Assembly (NCBI GenBank): GCA_024626585.2
Contig: JANKJI020000002.1
Coordinates: forward strand, 81,783,221-81,806,897
Length of the DNA stretch: 23,677 bases
Direction: 5' to 3'
Source of the DNA: Ginkgo biloba
Lineage: Eukaryota; Plantae; Ginkgophyta
Part shown: piece by piece, positions 22,325 through 23,677 of the stretch
Layout: each line of letters begins with the position of its first letter
Position numbering within the stretch: position 1 is the stretch's first letter
Made by a program: the position numbers and the translations under genes
Notes under the pieces: model-generated
Seen by the model: the letters and a program-made list of their open reading frames with translations, nothing else
Databases searched by the model: none
Told to the model about the DNA's origin: nothing

Positions 22325-23677
22325 CGTAGTGGAATAGGAGGTGTAACGGTGAGATAGTTAAATAAACTATTCCTATTACTATGCTATGAGCTTCTATTAA
22401 TGACAATCATGTCTATGTTTGTTTACTCTTGAATATAAGCATCACGGGAACATATGAGGACATGTCTATTTATCAAACTCATTTATTAGCATGCAATAGA
22501 GTGTTGCTAACTAGTAGGGTCAACCTTTATCAAACATTTTTGTTAGATTGTCTAAAACTGAATCTTAAAAAGGTCACTTTTGTATAAGTTACAAAATGTA
22601 GGCTCGATATGCTGGCCAAAGAACTAATAATCCTAGCTTTTGTAGTGATGGGGAATTCTTGCTAAAACATCAAGGGAGCCATAGTTCTTTGAATGTCACA
22701 TAAGGAGCAACAAAACCTCAACCCAATTCTAGAGATGAATGGAGAGAATGGCAAGAAAATTAAAAGATTCAAATATGCCAAATCAACTAGTCATTAGATG
22801 TCAAACTGACAAGGGCGAAAACTCAAAAACCAGATACAGCTAGAATAGTGGCAAAACTAAATCAAGCATGGTGTGATACCCAAAGGAAGCCTCCAATACC
22901 CAAATATTGACTCTCAAAAGGGAGGATGACATAATCCACTTCAAATCTGAAATCTATAGAAATAAAACAAGAATAGGAAAAAATTAGCTCAGCATTAAAC
23001 ACTAAGGCAGACCCCAAGGCAATGTACAACGAAGATACATAATCACAATTTTCTTATGGAGTGTCAGATAACAATTACAGGCAAAAGAACATAAGAATGT
23101 GTTCGACACACTAGTCAGAAAATTAACATTTCATTTTAAAACTTACAAACCAATCACACCATTTATGGTGCAAAGAAACACACTCTTTAACACTATGGAA
23201 AAATCACAAGAAACGGAAGGCAAGTAGAGCATGTGTAATTGTAGTAACAACAATGGTGGCAATGATGGCCACAGAAACTAAGTAAATGGCAATAACATTA
23301 ATGACAACAAGAACAATAATAATGACAAAAGTAACCAACCTTGGTACATCATGGTTCAGAATAATACCTTCTTAGGACTACACTTGATGTCATCAACAAT
23401 CTTGTAGATCACTTCTCCAAGTATCCTCAAAGTCAATGAAATAACAAACAAGTGAGCAATCAAATCACAACTCTTCGATACATTACATGGTGCAACCATC
23501 ATATAGTATTAGTATAATTGTATAAACAACCCACATGGACAAAATCCCAAACATTGTTTCTCACTTCCAACAGTTGTGATACCCACTTACAATATTGATA
23601 ATAGGAGTTGGAACACCTTTAACAAGCATGAATCTATTAAAGATTTTAATGGAAGGACGCAAATGATGATAAATAAA

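Overview
AT-rich land-plant nuclear DNA from a gapped draft assembly; gymnosperm-like by inference from intron size and retroelement peptides. The key content is three minus-strand exons of a GH35 beta-galactosidase of the BGAL17 / animal GLB1-like lineage: 21225-21315, 20843-20960 (with the catalytic-nucleophile motif EFYTGW) and 16699-16848. All have GT-AG borders, and the first two splice in frame. The ORF track does not show the first two in their coding frame. Most of the rest is decayed Ty3/gypsy LTR-retrotransposon debris: five Met-tRNA primer-binding sites, gag/protease/RT/RNase H relics with stops and frameshifts, and a polypurine tract. There are also a few local repeats. About 130 aa expected between the second and third exon, and all upstream and downstream exons, are absent from the readable bases; N gaps probably hide some. 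All long X-filled ORFs are gap artefacts. I found no convincing novel biological system, so the findings are modest leads. Protein comparisons are from recalled family sequences, not from a search.
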